Source: Spirochaetota bacterium (lineage in GTDB: Bacteria; Spirochaetota; UBA4802; UBA5550). From it: a DNA stretch of 64,000 bases. The notes under the pieces were generated by a model. The model was not told the DNA's origin and made no database searches. It saw only the letters and a program-made list of their open reading frames with translations. The translations under genes were made by a program, and so were the position numbers. Shown piece by piece: positions 51,153 through 64,000 of the stretch; within the stretch, counting starts at the first letter, position 1, and every line of letters starts with the position of its first letter. The stretch lies in contig JBNKTL010000030.1 in the NCBI GenBank assembly GCA_050298055.1, positions 1 to 64,000 on the forward strand. The letters run 5' to 3'.

Positions 51153-52217
51153 TTAATCAAGAACCATTTCTATGACATCTTCCGCTATAGGTTGAAAATC
51201 CGATGGAGATAATGCCGTAACATTTTGTAAAATAATCACTGTAATATCTTCATCGATCACTCTTGTTATATACGATCCATAACCAAAAAACGATCCCCAG
51301 TGCCACGTCTGATCATATTTCTCACCATCAATCTCAAGCTTATCTATCCACCAACCGTATCCATAATTTCCAAGCCCTGGTGTAAAAATTTCATCCAGTG
51401 ATTCACGGGACACCAGAAATTCACAATTGAGAGCCATAGTCCATTTATAGAGATCTACAATCGTTGAATTCAAAGCACCGGCAGCATAGGCAATTGAAGG
51501 ATGAAAATACATTGCTTCCACAACAGGGTCTATTGAATCGTAACCTGAAGACCTGTTATGATAAATATCATCGTCTTCGGCATCATAAAATGTACGAAAC
51601 ATTCCCAGCCGGTTAAAAATATTTTGTTTCAAAAAAGTATTCAGGTCTTTCCCGCTGACTCTTTCCACAATGATCCCGAGAACAACATAATTCGTATTGC
51701 AATAGGACCAGGACGTACCGGGCTCCGTGACAAGATCTTCCTCTGCAAAATACTGCAATAAATCAGAAGGGGAATGTTGTTCCGTTGTATGCGACCAGAG
51801 TTCGCTGTTGTTAAGATATTCCGTAAGCCCTGATGTATGGTTTAAACACTGTTTAATTGTGATTTTATCTCCCCGTATAATTTCAGGGATATAAATATCA
51901 ACAGTATCATTCACGGACAATTTATCATCTTCAGCAAGCATCATTATAGCCATTGAAGTAAATTGTTTTGAAAGGGAAGCTATATTAAAAATTGTAGACT
52001 GATTATTTTTTTTGTTTAATTCAACATCTCTGAGTCCATAACCGCCGGAAAAAAGTATTTCCCCCTTTTTTGCTACAAGGACTGTTCCGTTGAATCCCTG
52101 TTCAGTGTGTAAATTATCAAAGTATTCTTTTAATTCCGTATAGTTCTGAAGGTCACAACCGGAAAAAATGAAAGCCAGTAAAAATAAAGGAATAAGAGTC
52201 TTTAAAAATTTTTTCAT
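51153..52217 (-). CDS. Serine hydrolase, beta-lactamase/AmpC-like lipoprotein
   Basis: FNIASLSK (SxxK), LNHTSG, YCNTNY, HWG; lipobox FSGC. Confidence 0.9.
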   Translation of the reverse strand: MKKFLKTLIPLFLLAFIFSGCDLQNYTELKEYFDNLHTEQGFNGTVLVAKKGEILFSGGYGLRDVELNKKNNQSTIFNIASLSKQFTSMAIMMLAEDDKLSVNDTVDIYIPEIIRGDKITIKQCLNHTSGLTEYLNNSELWSHTTEQHSPSDLLQYFAEEDLVTEPGTSWSYCNTNYVVLGIIVERVSGKDLNTFLKQNIFNRLGMFRTFYDAEDDDIYHNRSSGYDSIDPVVEAMYFHPSIAYAAGALNSTIVDLYKWTMALNCEFLVSRESLDEIFTPGLGNYGYGWWIDKLEIDGEKYDQTWHWGSFFGYGSYITRVIDEDITVIILQNVTALSPSDFQPIAEDVIEMVLD

Positions 52218-52526
52218 TTAATATCTCCTGTAATTTTTTCAGGGAAGATTTCCCTAATAACAGAAATGAGAATCTTCCCGGGATATGCTATATGAAACAC
52301 AATACCATTATGCGAACACATGATAATGACCGGCACTTTGGCGCAAAGGAACGATTGAACGATTTTCTGAAGACAGAAATTTCTCTTCATGTAACCGGTA
52401 ATAAGCATTTCGTTGAATAAACAGACTAACACACCACATATATTAAATAATATATATTAATAATTTTAAAGCGTCGATATATTTTTAATTTTATCCGGAT
52501 AATTTTAATTTTATAAAAAAAAGTCC

Positions 52527-52562
52527 AAAAAAAAAGGCGAGTGATAAAACACTCGCCTTTTT
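52527..52562 (-). terminator. Intrinsic terminator of the rRNA operon
   Basis: AAAAAGGCGAGTG/CACTCGCCTTTTT stem with a 9-nt U-tract on the minus strand, immediately 3' of 23S. Confidence 0.85.
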
Positions 52563-52570
52563 CATAATAT

Positions 52571-55578
<3,008 letters not shown>

Positions 55579-55746
55579 ATATTATCTTATCTGCTTGAAC
55601 AAAACAGACAATATGCTCGAAATTTTTTACATTCGCAATGAAATTGTGTTAAACCTGTATTTGTTGTTAATTTGGCTTAACCATGTTTTAAAAGATCAAA
55701 TCCTTTAAAAAGCTGATGCAATGTTGCATCACCTGTTAAAGGCATC

Positions 55747-55819
55747 TGGAGGTGAACGGGATCGAACCGTCGACCTACTGCGTGCAAGGCAGTTGCTCTC
55801 CCAGCTGAGCTACACCCCC
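55747..55819 (-). tRNA. tRNA-Ala(TGC)
   Basis: GGGGGTGTAGCTCAGCTGGGAGAGC..TTGCAC..GGTTCGATCCCG..CCTCCA; CCA not encoded. Confidence 0.95.
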
Positions 55820-55838
55820 GGAATGATAATTGTTTTAT

Positions 55839-55912
55839 TGGGCCTGAGTGGGATCGAACCACCGACCTTACGATTATCAGTCGTACGCTCTGACCAACTG
55901 AGCTACAGGCCC
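55839..55912 (-). tRNA. tRNA-Ile(GAT)
   Basis: GGGCCTGTAGCTCAGTTGGTCAGAGC..CTGATAA..GGTTCGATCCC..GGCCCA. Confidence 0.95.
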
Positions 55913-56040
55913 GTAATGTCATATTCGCCATATGCGGCCTATAGATGTTATCAATCAGCAGCAATACTTCCAGCATAGCTCTTTAAAAACTGAGTAGTAA
56001 TAATAGTCGTTCCTTTGTAATAAAGTTTTCATTCCTTTAA

Positions 56041-57590
<1,550 letters not shown>

Positions 57591-57819
57591 AATTTATCAT
57601 AGATAAATTTTTAATTCTAAAATTAGTAAAGAGTACAAAAGAAATTAACTAGGATACTACTCAGTTTTCAAAGAACCACGCTAAAAGATAAAAAAACCTC
57701 CATTTCATTTTTCGCCTAATGGAGATTTTGCCACCTTACAGCTTCGAAAGAACGAAGTAAATTTTGGAAAAATCAACTTCTCAAAGCAACTGTAGATTGT
57801 AACTCTAAAGCGCTTTGAA

Positions 57820-57943
57820 CATATATTTTAATGCCTTCCGCAAGTCAAGTAAATTAAGAAAAAATTCAAAATTACTCTAAAAAAGTTACGAAAAGTTTAA
57901 AATCAATAAAAAGGACGATATTTTTGGTACCCTTATCTGTCAA
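57820..57943 (-). promoter_or_regulatory. Two tandem sigma70-like promoters for the rRNA operon
   Basis: TTGACA-N17-TATCGT (57943-57915) and TTGACT-N17-TATATG (57848-57820). Confidence 0.55.
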
Positions 57944-58090
57944 TATTAATTATAAATTCTCAGGTAAAAATATAAAAAAAATTATAAAAATTCTCCTTTG
58001 CAGGTTTTACCTGTAATTCCTCTTACTTAATATAGATAGAGATTTCGGCAAAATCAAATTTTTCTTAAATAAAAAAATGAAAGATTGGAT

Positions 58091-58414
58091 TTAGGCCATT
58101 TCGGTATTTTCATTTATCCATTTCAGGTACGGGGGATGCCCGTCGTCAACAGCAAGCGAAATCACTTCCGGGACTTCATAGGGATGTATCTCAACGATCT
58201 TTTCCCTGACTTTCTCAAAAAGAGACCTTCTTGTTTTAATAAGCAGAACAAGTTCGCCCTCGGTACAGACCTCATTATTCCATTCATAGATTGAAGTAAC
58301 ACCGGGCACAATATTAACGCAGGCAGCCAGACGGCCCCTCACCAGAACATTTCCTAAATTAATACCCGTTTCCCTGTCAGGAACAGTGGATACAACCAGG
58401 ATAAAGTCATCCAT
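58091..58414 (-). CDS. cutA: Divalent-cation tolerance protein CutA
   Basis: LAACVNI..SIYEW..E..LLIKT..HPYEVPEVI. Confidence 0.93.
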   Translation of the reverse strand: MDDFILVVSTVPDRETGINLGNVLVRGRLAACVNIVPGVTSIYEWNNEVCTEGELVLLIKTRRSLFEKVREKIVEIHPYEVPEVISLAVDDGHPPYLKWINENTEMA

Positions 58415-58415
58415 A

Positions 58416-58799
58416 TTACTTCTTTCCTGTTTTTATTCCCGCAATATATATACCGGCGATGTCTACCCTGACACTTTTCTTCTCCGGGATCTTTTCAAAT
58501 ACCTTGTCATCACACATTAGGTCCATGACCTGGGGACCGATTTTCGCTTTAACAATGGGGACCTTTCGCACCCGGTAAATTTTCGGTATCTGCTCAAGAA
58601 CATGTTTGGGAAGATCGGTGTTGGTGACCTTGTCCATCCTCTTTTCCAGGACAAGGATCGACGTGGTCACCTTGTGCTGGTCAACAAGAGATTTCTGGTC
58701 ATCGACCCTTTTACTTATTCGCTTCTTAATAATAATATAGGCTGCAACAATTGCGGCTATGACCACACCAAGAATAATATAATAGTGATACCATTCCAC
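58416..58799 (-). CDS. Membrane-anchored conserved hypothetical protein
   Basis: N-terminal TM helix; KVPIVKAKIGPQVMDLMCD; GGAGG RBS. Confidence 0.8.
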   Translation of the reverse strand: MEWYHYYIILGVVIAAIVAAYIIIKKRISKRVDDQKSLVDQHKVTTSILVLEKRMDKVTNTDLPKHVLEQIPKIYRVRKVPIVKAKIGPQVMDLMCDDKVFEKIPEKKSVRVDIAGIYIAGIKTGKK

Positions 58800-59055
58800 T
58801 TTAATTCCTCCTGAATATCCGGATAAAGAGATATTATCCCGTTCATAAATATGAAAAGCACATTCTTTCCTAAAACAGGATACGTCAAGTTAATTATGAG
58901 GAAAAGAGATATCTACAGGCGTGAATTAAATTCAGGGAAATGATGATATGAATTCACTTTTTGTAAAAAGTTTTTATTAATCCCACTCCTCAATCGTATT
59001 AATGTTTGGGAAGAATAACTCTCTTCCCGCATTTTTCAATGAGAGGATGGATAAT

Positions 59056-59502
59056 ATGAGAACGACTATTAATGCCGACACATTACTGATCTTAAAGCTG
59101 AGAGAAGCCATGGCTGAAGTTGATCTGACAAAGGATGAACTGATCAAACTCTTAATATCACGGATCATTAAGAAAAACAGCTTTGTCCCTCAACCCGGTA
59201 AAACAGTCAAGTACCAGGGTGGCGGACCAGAGAGAGTTTGGAAAATTGAACATATCAACCTGGAGAGTATATTCTATGAGAAAGTACTTGATTTAAGGAG
59301 GCACTTTAAGTTTTCCGTTTCTTGGTTTGTTGCTTTTGCCATTATTAATTATCTTGATGAATTAGTAAATGATTTGAATCATTCAGGAAATAGTGCAAAA
59401 AATCTGGATAACTATACAGGAGATTATGTTTATATTTCTGAAATGGCAGGTAGTATTCTCGTATTTATCACAATGATGGAAACACAAAGCAATAAAACCT
59501 GA
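59056..59502 (+). CDS. DUF1564-like spirochaete protein (possible ribbon-helix-helix)
   Basis: TVKYQ...LDLRRHFKFSVSWFVAFAI pattern; start codon uncertain. Confidence 0.5.
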   Translation: MRTTINADTLLILKLREAMAEVDLTKDELIKLLISRIIKKNSFVPQPGKTVKYQGGGPERVWKIEHINLESIFYEKVLDLRRHFKFSVSWFVAFAIINYLDELVNDLNHSGNSAKNLDNYTGDYVYISEMAGSILVFITMMETQSNKT

Positions 59503-59760
59503 AAAAACCCTGAAAAACCCAAATAGTACGAAATTTTTATCAAAACCAAACATCCGGTCTCCGTCCCGGATTTTCAATCATGCCCGCGAGGAGGCATCAA
59601 TAGAATTATTGTTAAAACGGACATTTTTACTTCTACAGCTGTAGAGTATCCAAAAAGTAAAAATTGAACATATTTTATGCAAAAAGCTGGACTTAAGTTT
59701 TAAAAACTGCTATAATTATTTCACATTCGGATTATATTAAAAAATTTAAAGGTTATCATT

Positions 59761-61350
59761 ATGAGCATAAGAATAAAAGACTGGAAGATTGGTGTTAAAC
59801 TTTTTAGCAGTTTTGCCCTGATTCTGTTTATTTTCATTGGCATCCTGGGATACCAGGTGAGAGAGATCCTGTTGCTGGGTCATATGCAGGATATAGCTGC
59901 TGAACGGGCAGACCATGACATTGAGCTCAAGGACATGGAACTGAGACTTGAGGAGGTCTATACTATTTTTTCCGATGCAATAATCCACAGGCATCTGGAA
60001 AAGGTGCAGAAAAAATTTGATAAAACAAGGGAACATGTCTACAAGGATGCCGAGAAGCTTAAGAGCATCGTAAATACCAAAGAGGAGAGAGAACACGCTG
60101 AAGGATATGAAAAGGATCTTCATGCCTATCTGGAATACTTTCCCCAGCTTATGAAGATATTGAAAAACGACCCGAATAACATGGCTGCCATAAAGGCCCT
60201 TGATGAAAAAATTCTTATAACACGGGACCTGACAGTAAAAAATATTCTGGGCATATCGGAGTCCATGGACAAGGAGATGAAGGAAGCGGAAGCGGAATAT
60301 GACAGGATCGCGAAAGAGGCAATAAGGAATTCCGTTATTATCTCCGTCATTGGTGTGCTTATCGCCATTTTTATGGCTTTCATTATAACCAGGTACCTCT
60401 CACGTAAAATGACGCAGAGTGCAAGCTATGCCAGCAGTATTGCAGGGGGCGACCTCTCGGTTGATGTAATGGTTGAATCAAAGGATGAAACCGGTATGCT
60501 GCAGCAGGCCTTCAAAGAGATGGTGAAAAACCTGGCGGGGATTGTTGAGAAGATTGTCTCCAGCGCCAATGAACTGGCAAGCGCTTCGGAGGAGATGAGC
60601 GCTACCGCCCAGGGCCTCTCCCAGAGCTCCAGCGAACAGGCCGCCAATGTCCAGGAGATATCAAGCTCTCTTGAGGAGATGGGTGCCACTGTGACACAGA
60701 ACGCGGAGAATTCAAAGAACACAAACAGGATCGCCCAGGAGACTGCCACCAAGGCGGAAGAGGGGGGCAAAGCGGTATCCGATACCGTGGACGCCATGAA
60801 AAAGATCGCGGAGAAAATCAACCTTATTGATGACGTTGCCTACCAGACAAACCTTCTTGCACTCAATGCCGCCATCGAAGCGGCACGGGCGGGTGAGCAT
60901 GGCAAGGGCTTTGCGGTAGTTGCCGGGGAGGTCAGAAAGCTGGCTGAAAGGAGCCAGGTTGCTTCCCGGGAGATCGGAGAGCTTGCCAAAAGCAGCGTGG
61001 ATATGGCGGACAGGGCGGGAAAACTCCTTAATGAGATTGTCCCCAGTATCAAGGAGACCGCGGAACTTATCGCAAACATTACCGATGCCTCGGAGCAGCA
61101 GGACGCGGGTATCAACCAGATAACCTCCGGTATGGAGCAGTTGAACCTGATTACCCAGGGGAACGCCTCATCCTCCGAGGAACTGGCTTCTACATCCGAG
61201 ATGCTCAGCAGCAATTCCGTGAACCTTACGTCCCTGATGGATTTCTTTAGGCTTAAAGCGGGAGATATTAAAGTAACAAAGAGTGAAAAAGTCATGCACA
61301 TTGAAGACCGTACTGAAAAAGGGGATGATGTACAGGAGCAGGAGGGATAA
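59761..61350 (+). CDS. Methyl-accepting chemotaxis protein
   Basis: Two TM helices, HAMP domain, [43 protein letters not shown]. Confidence 0.96.
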   Translation: MSIRIKDWKIGVKLFSSFALILFIFIGILGYQVREILLLGHMQDIAAERADHDIELKDMELRLEEVYTIFSDAIIHRHLEKVQKKFDKTREHVYKDAEKLKSIVNTKEEREHAEGYEKDLHAYLEYFPQLMKILKNDPNNMAAIKALDEKILITRDLTVKNILGISESMDKEMKEAEAEYDRIAKEAIRNSVIISVIGVLIAIFMAFIITRYLSRKMTQSASYASSIAGGDLSVDVMVESKDETGMLQQAFKEMVKNLAGIVEKIVSSANELASASEEMSATAQGLSQSSSEQAANVQEISSSLEEMGATVTQNAENSKNTNRIAQETATKAEEGGKAVSDTVDAMKKIAEKINLIDDVAYQTNLLALNAAIEAARAGEHGKGFAVVAGEVRKLAERSQVASREIGELAKSSVDMADRAGKLLNEIVPSIKETAELIANITDASEQQDAGINQITSGMEQLNLITQGNASSSEELASTSEMLSSNSVNLTSLMDFFRLKAGDIKVTKSEKVMHIEDRTEKGDDVQEQEG

Positions 61351-61407
61351 ATGTAAAACCATGGGGGCAGGGCCCGTTACCCATACACCTTCATCAATAA
61401 AATATTA

Positions 61408-61443
61408 AAAAGCCGGCCCGGATTTCTTCCGGGACGGTTTTTT
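61408..61443 (+). terminator. Probable intrinsic terminator
   Basis: AAAAGCCGGCCCGGA..TCCGGGACGGTTTTTT downstream of the MCP gene. Confidence 0.6.
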
Positions 61444-61476
61444 AATATTTGTGGTTATAACTCAGTTCTATTTACT

Positions 61477-61552
61477 AAAATATCAACAATATATCCCCGC
61501 CGCCAAAGGCGGCGGGGACATATCAGTTATGTATTTCATAAATATGATTATT
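61477..61552. repeat. REP-like palindromic element, copy 4
   Basis: AAAATATCAACAATATATCCCCGCCGCC-AAA-GGCGGCGGGGACATATCAGTTAT..CATAAATATGATTATT, near-identical to copy 1. Confidence 0.85.
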
Positions 61553-61584
61553 TTTATGCATAACCGGGAAGTTGCAGGTTTATT

Positions 61585-62763
61585 TTATTGTTCCAGGACC
61601 CTCACCATGACAACGTCCTTAATGTTCCTGATCTTTTCAACGGTGCTCTCTTCAATATCACTGCCGATATCGATAATATTGTAGGCGTAATCTCCCTTGC
61701 TCTTGTTAAGCATATTTTCAATATTTATATTATCTTCCGCAAGGACATGTGTTATCTGTCCAATCATATTGGGAACATTTTTATTGGCCATTGTGATCCT
61801 GAATTTAGCATCGTTCCGGGGAAGAACGCAGTTGGGAAAGTTCACCGAGTTCTCAATGTTGCCGTCCTGAAGGTATGAGACGAGCTGGTCCACGGCCATT
61901 ATGGCGCAGTTTTCCTCGGATTCGGGAGTTGAGGCGCCCAGGTGCGGGATAGGGATGATGTCTTCATTGTCAAGAAGCTCATCTTCGGGAAAATCGGTCA
62001 CATAGCGCGCGACAATTCCTTCCTCAATGGCTTTCAGAAGGTCCCTGTTGTTTACCAGGCCCCCCCGGGCGAAGTTGAGGATCTTTACTCCCTTCTTCAT
62101 TATGCCAAATTTCTCCTTATTCAAAAGGCCCCTGGTGTCATCGTTCAGGGGGATATGAAGGCTGAGATAATCACACTGGGAAAGAAGGCTGTCCAGGCTA
62201 ATGGCCTTTTTCACCGCCCGGGAAAGTCCCCATGCGGCATCAACCGAGATGTAGGGATCAAATCCATAGACATCCATGCCCAGGGCGCCGCAGTCGTTTG
62301 CTACCATGACTCCTATTGCCCCGAGACCGATGACCCCCAGCGTCTTCCCCTTGATCTCCGGCCCGGTAAAGTTTGATTTTTCCGCTTCAACAAGCTTGGG
62401 GACCTCGTCACCCTTGCCCTTGATGCTCTTTACCCAGTTGATGCCTCTCAAGAGCTTTCTCGATGAAACGAGGAGGCCCATGAGTACAAGTTCCTTGACA
62501 CCGTTGGCATTTGCCCCCGGTGTATTAAACACGACGATCCCCTGCTCGGAACACTTGTCTACCGGTATGTTGTTGACTCCCGCGCCGGCCCGGGCAATGG
62601 CCTTAAGGGATTTTGGCAGTTCCATGTCGTGCATGCTTGCGCTCCTCACAAGGACGGCGTCGGGATTGAGTATGTCCGTGGCATACTCGTATTCATCGCC
62701 GGGGAACCTGCTGAGCCCGGCCGGTGAGATCTTGTTTAGTTTCTGAATTTTAAACATTTTCAT
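61585..62763 (-). CDS. serA: D-3-phosphoglycerate dehydrogenase with ACT domain
   Basis: RAGAGVNNI, GLGAIG, NFARG, PHLGAST, C-terminal ACT domain; downstream of serC. Confidence 0.92.
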   Translation of the reverse strand: MKMFKIQKLNKISPAGLSRFPGDEYEYATDILNPDAVLVRSASMHDMELPKSLKAIARAGAGVNNIPVDKCSEQGIVVFNTPGANANGVKELVLMGLLVSSRKLLRGINWVKSIKGKGDEVPKLVEAEKSNFTGPEIKGKTLGVIGLGAIGVMVANDCGALGMDVYGFDPYISVDAAWGLSRAVKKAISLDSLLSQCDYLSLHIPLNDDTRGLLNKEKFGIMKKGVKILNFARGGLVNNRDLLKAIEEGIVARYVTDFPEDELLDNEDIIPIPHLGASTPESEENCAIMAVDQLVSYLQDGNIENSVNFPNCVLPRNDAKFRITMANKNVPNMIGQITHVLAEDNINIENMLNKSKGDYAYNIIDIGSDIEESTVEKIRNIKDVVMVRVLEQ

Positions 62764-62784
62764 AACTCCTGTTGTTGTTTCTGT

Positions 62785-63867
62785 CTATGAATTATCCGAC
62801 TCAAATTTTTTCATGAACTCAATGAGTTTCTGTACACCTTCCGCGGGCATTGCGTTGTAGATGCTTGCCCTCATGCCGCCTACCGACCTGTGTCCCTTGA
62901 GGGTAACGAGGCCCTGGCCCGCGGCTTCTTTAATGAACCTGCTGTCCGTTTCATCTGACCCGGTGATAAAAGGAACGTTCATCAGGGAACGGTGTTTCTC
63001 TTCCACCGTTGAACTGAACAGTGAGGAGTTGTCCAGAAAATCGTAAAGGGCCCCGGCCTTCTCCCTGTTGATCTTCTCCATCTCCGCCACGCCGCCGAGG
63101 TCTTTTACAAACTCGAAAACGAGCTTTGCCAGGTAGACGGAATACGTGGGGGGAGTATTGAACATGGATTGGTTCTCCGCATGTGTCTTGTAATCGAACA
63201 TTGTGGGTGTCATCTCCATGGCATGGCCCACCAGGTCGTCCCGGACAATGACGATGGTCAGTCCCGCGGGGCCGACATTTTTCTGTGCCCCGGCAAAGAT
63301 TATCCCGAACCTGCTCACATCAATGACCTCTGAAAGGATGCAGGAAGACATGTCGGATACAAGGGGAACATCTCCCGTATCCGGGATCTCAGAGTATCTC
63401 GTACCATAGATCGTATTGTTGGAACAGATGTAGAAATAATCCGCGTCGGGAGAGAAACTCTTCTTATCCAGTTCCGGGATATATGAAAAGTTCCTGTCCT
63501 CCGATGATGCCAGGATGTTCACCGTGCCGTATCTCTTTGCCTCCGAAAGGGCCTTCTTTGTCCAGTTTCCCGTATGGACCAGGTCGCATTTTTTGCTGGA
63601 CCGGAAAAGGTTGAGCGGGACCATTGCAAACTGGCTGGATGCCCCTCCCTGGAGGAAGAGAACCCGGTAGTTGTCCGGAATATTCATGAGGTCCCTGATC
63701 AGGGACTCTGCATCGCTGATGATCTCTTCGAATTCCTTTGACCTGTGACTCATCTCCATAACAGACATCCCCGAGTTTCTGTAATCGAGCATTTCGTCTG
63801 CCGCTATTTTCAGGACCTGCTCCGGGAGCGTTGCGGGGCCCGCTGAAAAGTTGTATACTCGTGCCAT
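62785..63867 (-). CDS. serC: Phosphoserine aminotransferase
   Basis: YNFSAGPA, EMSHRS, GAQKNVGPAG, NTPP, GHRSVGGMRASIYNA. Confidence 0.96.
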   Translation of the reverse strand: MARVYNFSAGPATLPEQVLKIAADEMLDYRNSGMSVMEMSHRSKEFEEIISDAESLIRDLMNIPDNYRVLFLQGGASSQFAMVPLNLFRSSKKCDLVHTGNWTKKALSEAKRYGTVNILASSEDRNFSYIPELDKKSFSPDADYFYICSNNTIYGTRYSEIPDTGDVPLVSDMSSCILSEVIDVSRFGIIFAGAQKNVGPAGLTIVIVRDDLVGHAMEMTPTMFDYKTHAENQSMFNTPPTYSVYLAKLVFEFVKDLGGVAEMEKINREKAGALYDFLDNSSLFSSTVEEKHRSLMNVPFITGSDETDSRFIKEAAGQGLVTLKGHRSVGGMRASIYNAMPAEGVQKLIEFMKKFESDNS

Positions 63868-64000
63868 ATTTTTCTCCTTCAAATTGTTAAATTGTTGTTT
63901 TCTTTCTTCTATATCTAAAGTCATTTTAACCGCTAAGTTTTCATCTCACTACATCTTTCTTTATTGCCCCCCCCATCCCCCTTGTCTGTCGATTTTTACA

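Overview
Chromosomal segment of a free-living spirochaete related to Leptospira, judged from 16S signature sequences, a Loa22-like lipoprotein and a DUF1564-like protein. It carries about 47 protein genes and one minus-strand rRNA operon (16S-tRNA-Ile-tRNA-Ala-23S with no linked 5S). The main candidate for an undescribed system is a compact minus-strand operon at 11.0-14.9 kb. It reads: MarR-like regulator (apparently N-truncated), ArsM-like SAM methyltransferase, an uncalled 31-aa six-Cys peptide (MISLIKKKESECCCVAQCCAKISPIVAGCHD, 13763-13858), radical SAM/SPASM maturase, thioredoxin/thioredoxin-reductase fusion. This looks like a RiPP or metalloid-chemistry system. Other notable signals: a dispersed 11-bp palindrome (TRCTCWGAGYA) often in tandem; a four-copy REP-like hairpin family plus a lone RAYT/Y1 transposase; a lipoprotein gene broken by one in-frame TAG; an ATP-grasp/FMN-dehydrogenase fusion; and a toxin-less cluster of immunity-like genes. 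All calls come from motif recognition by eye, and no database searches were run.
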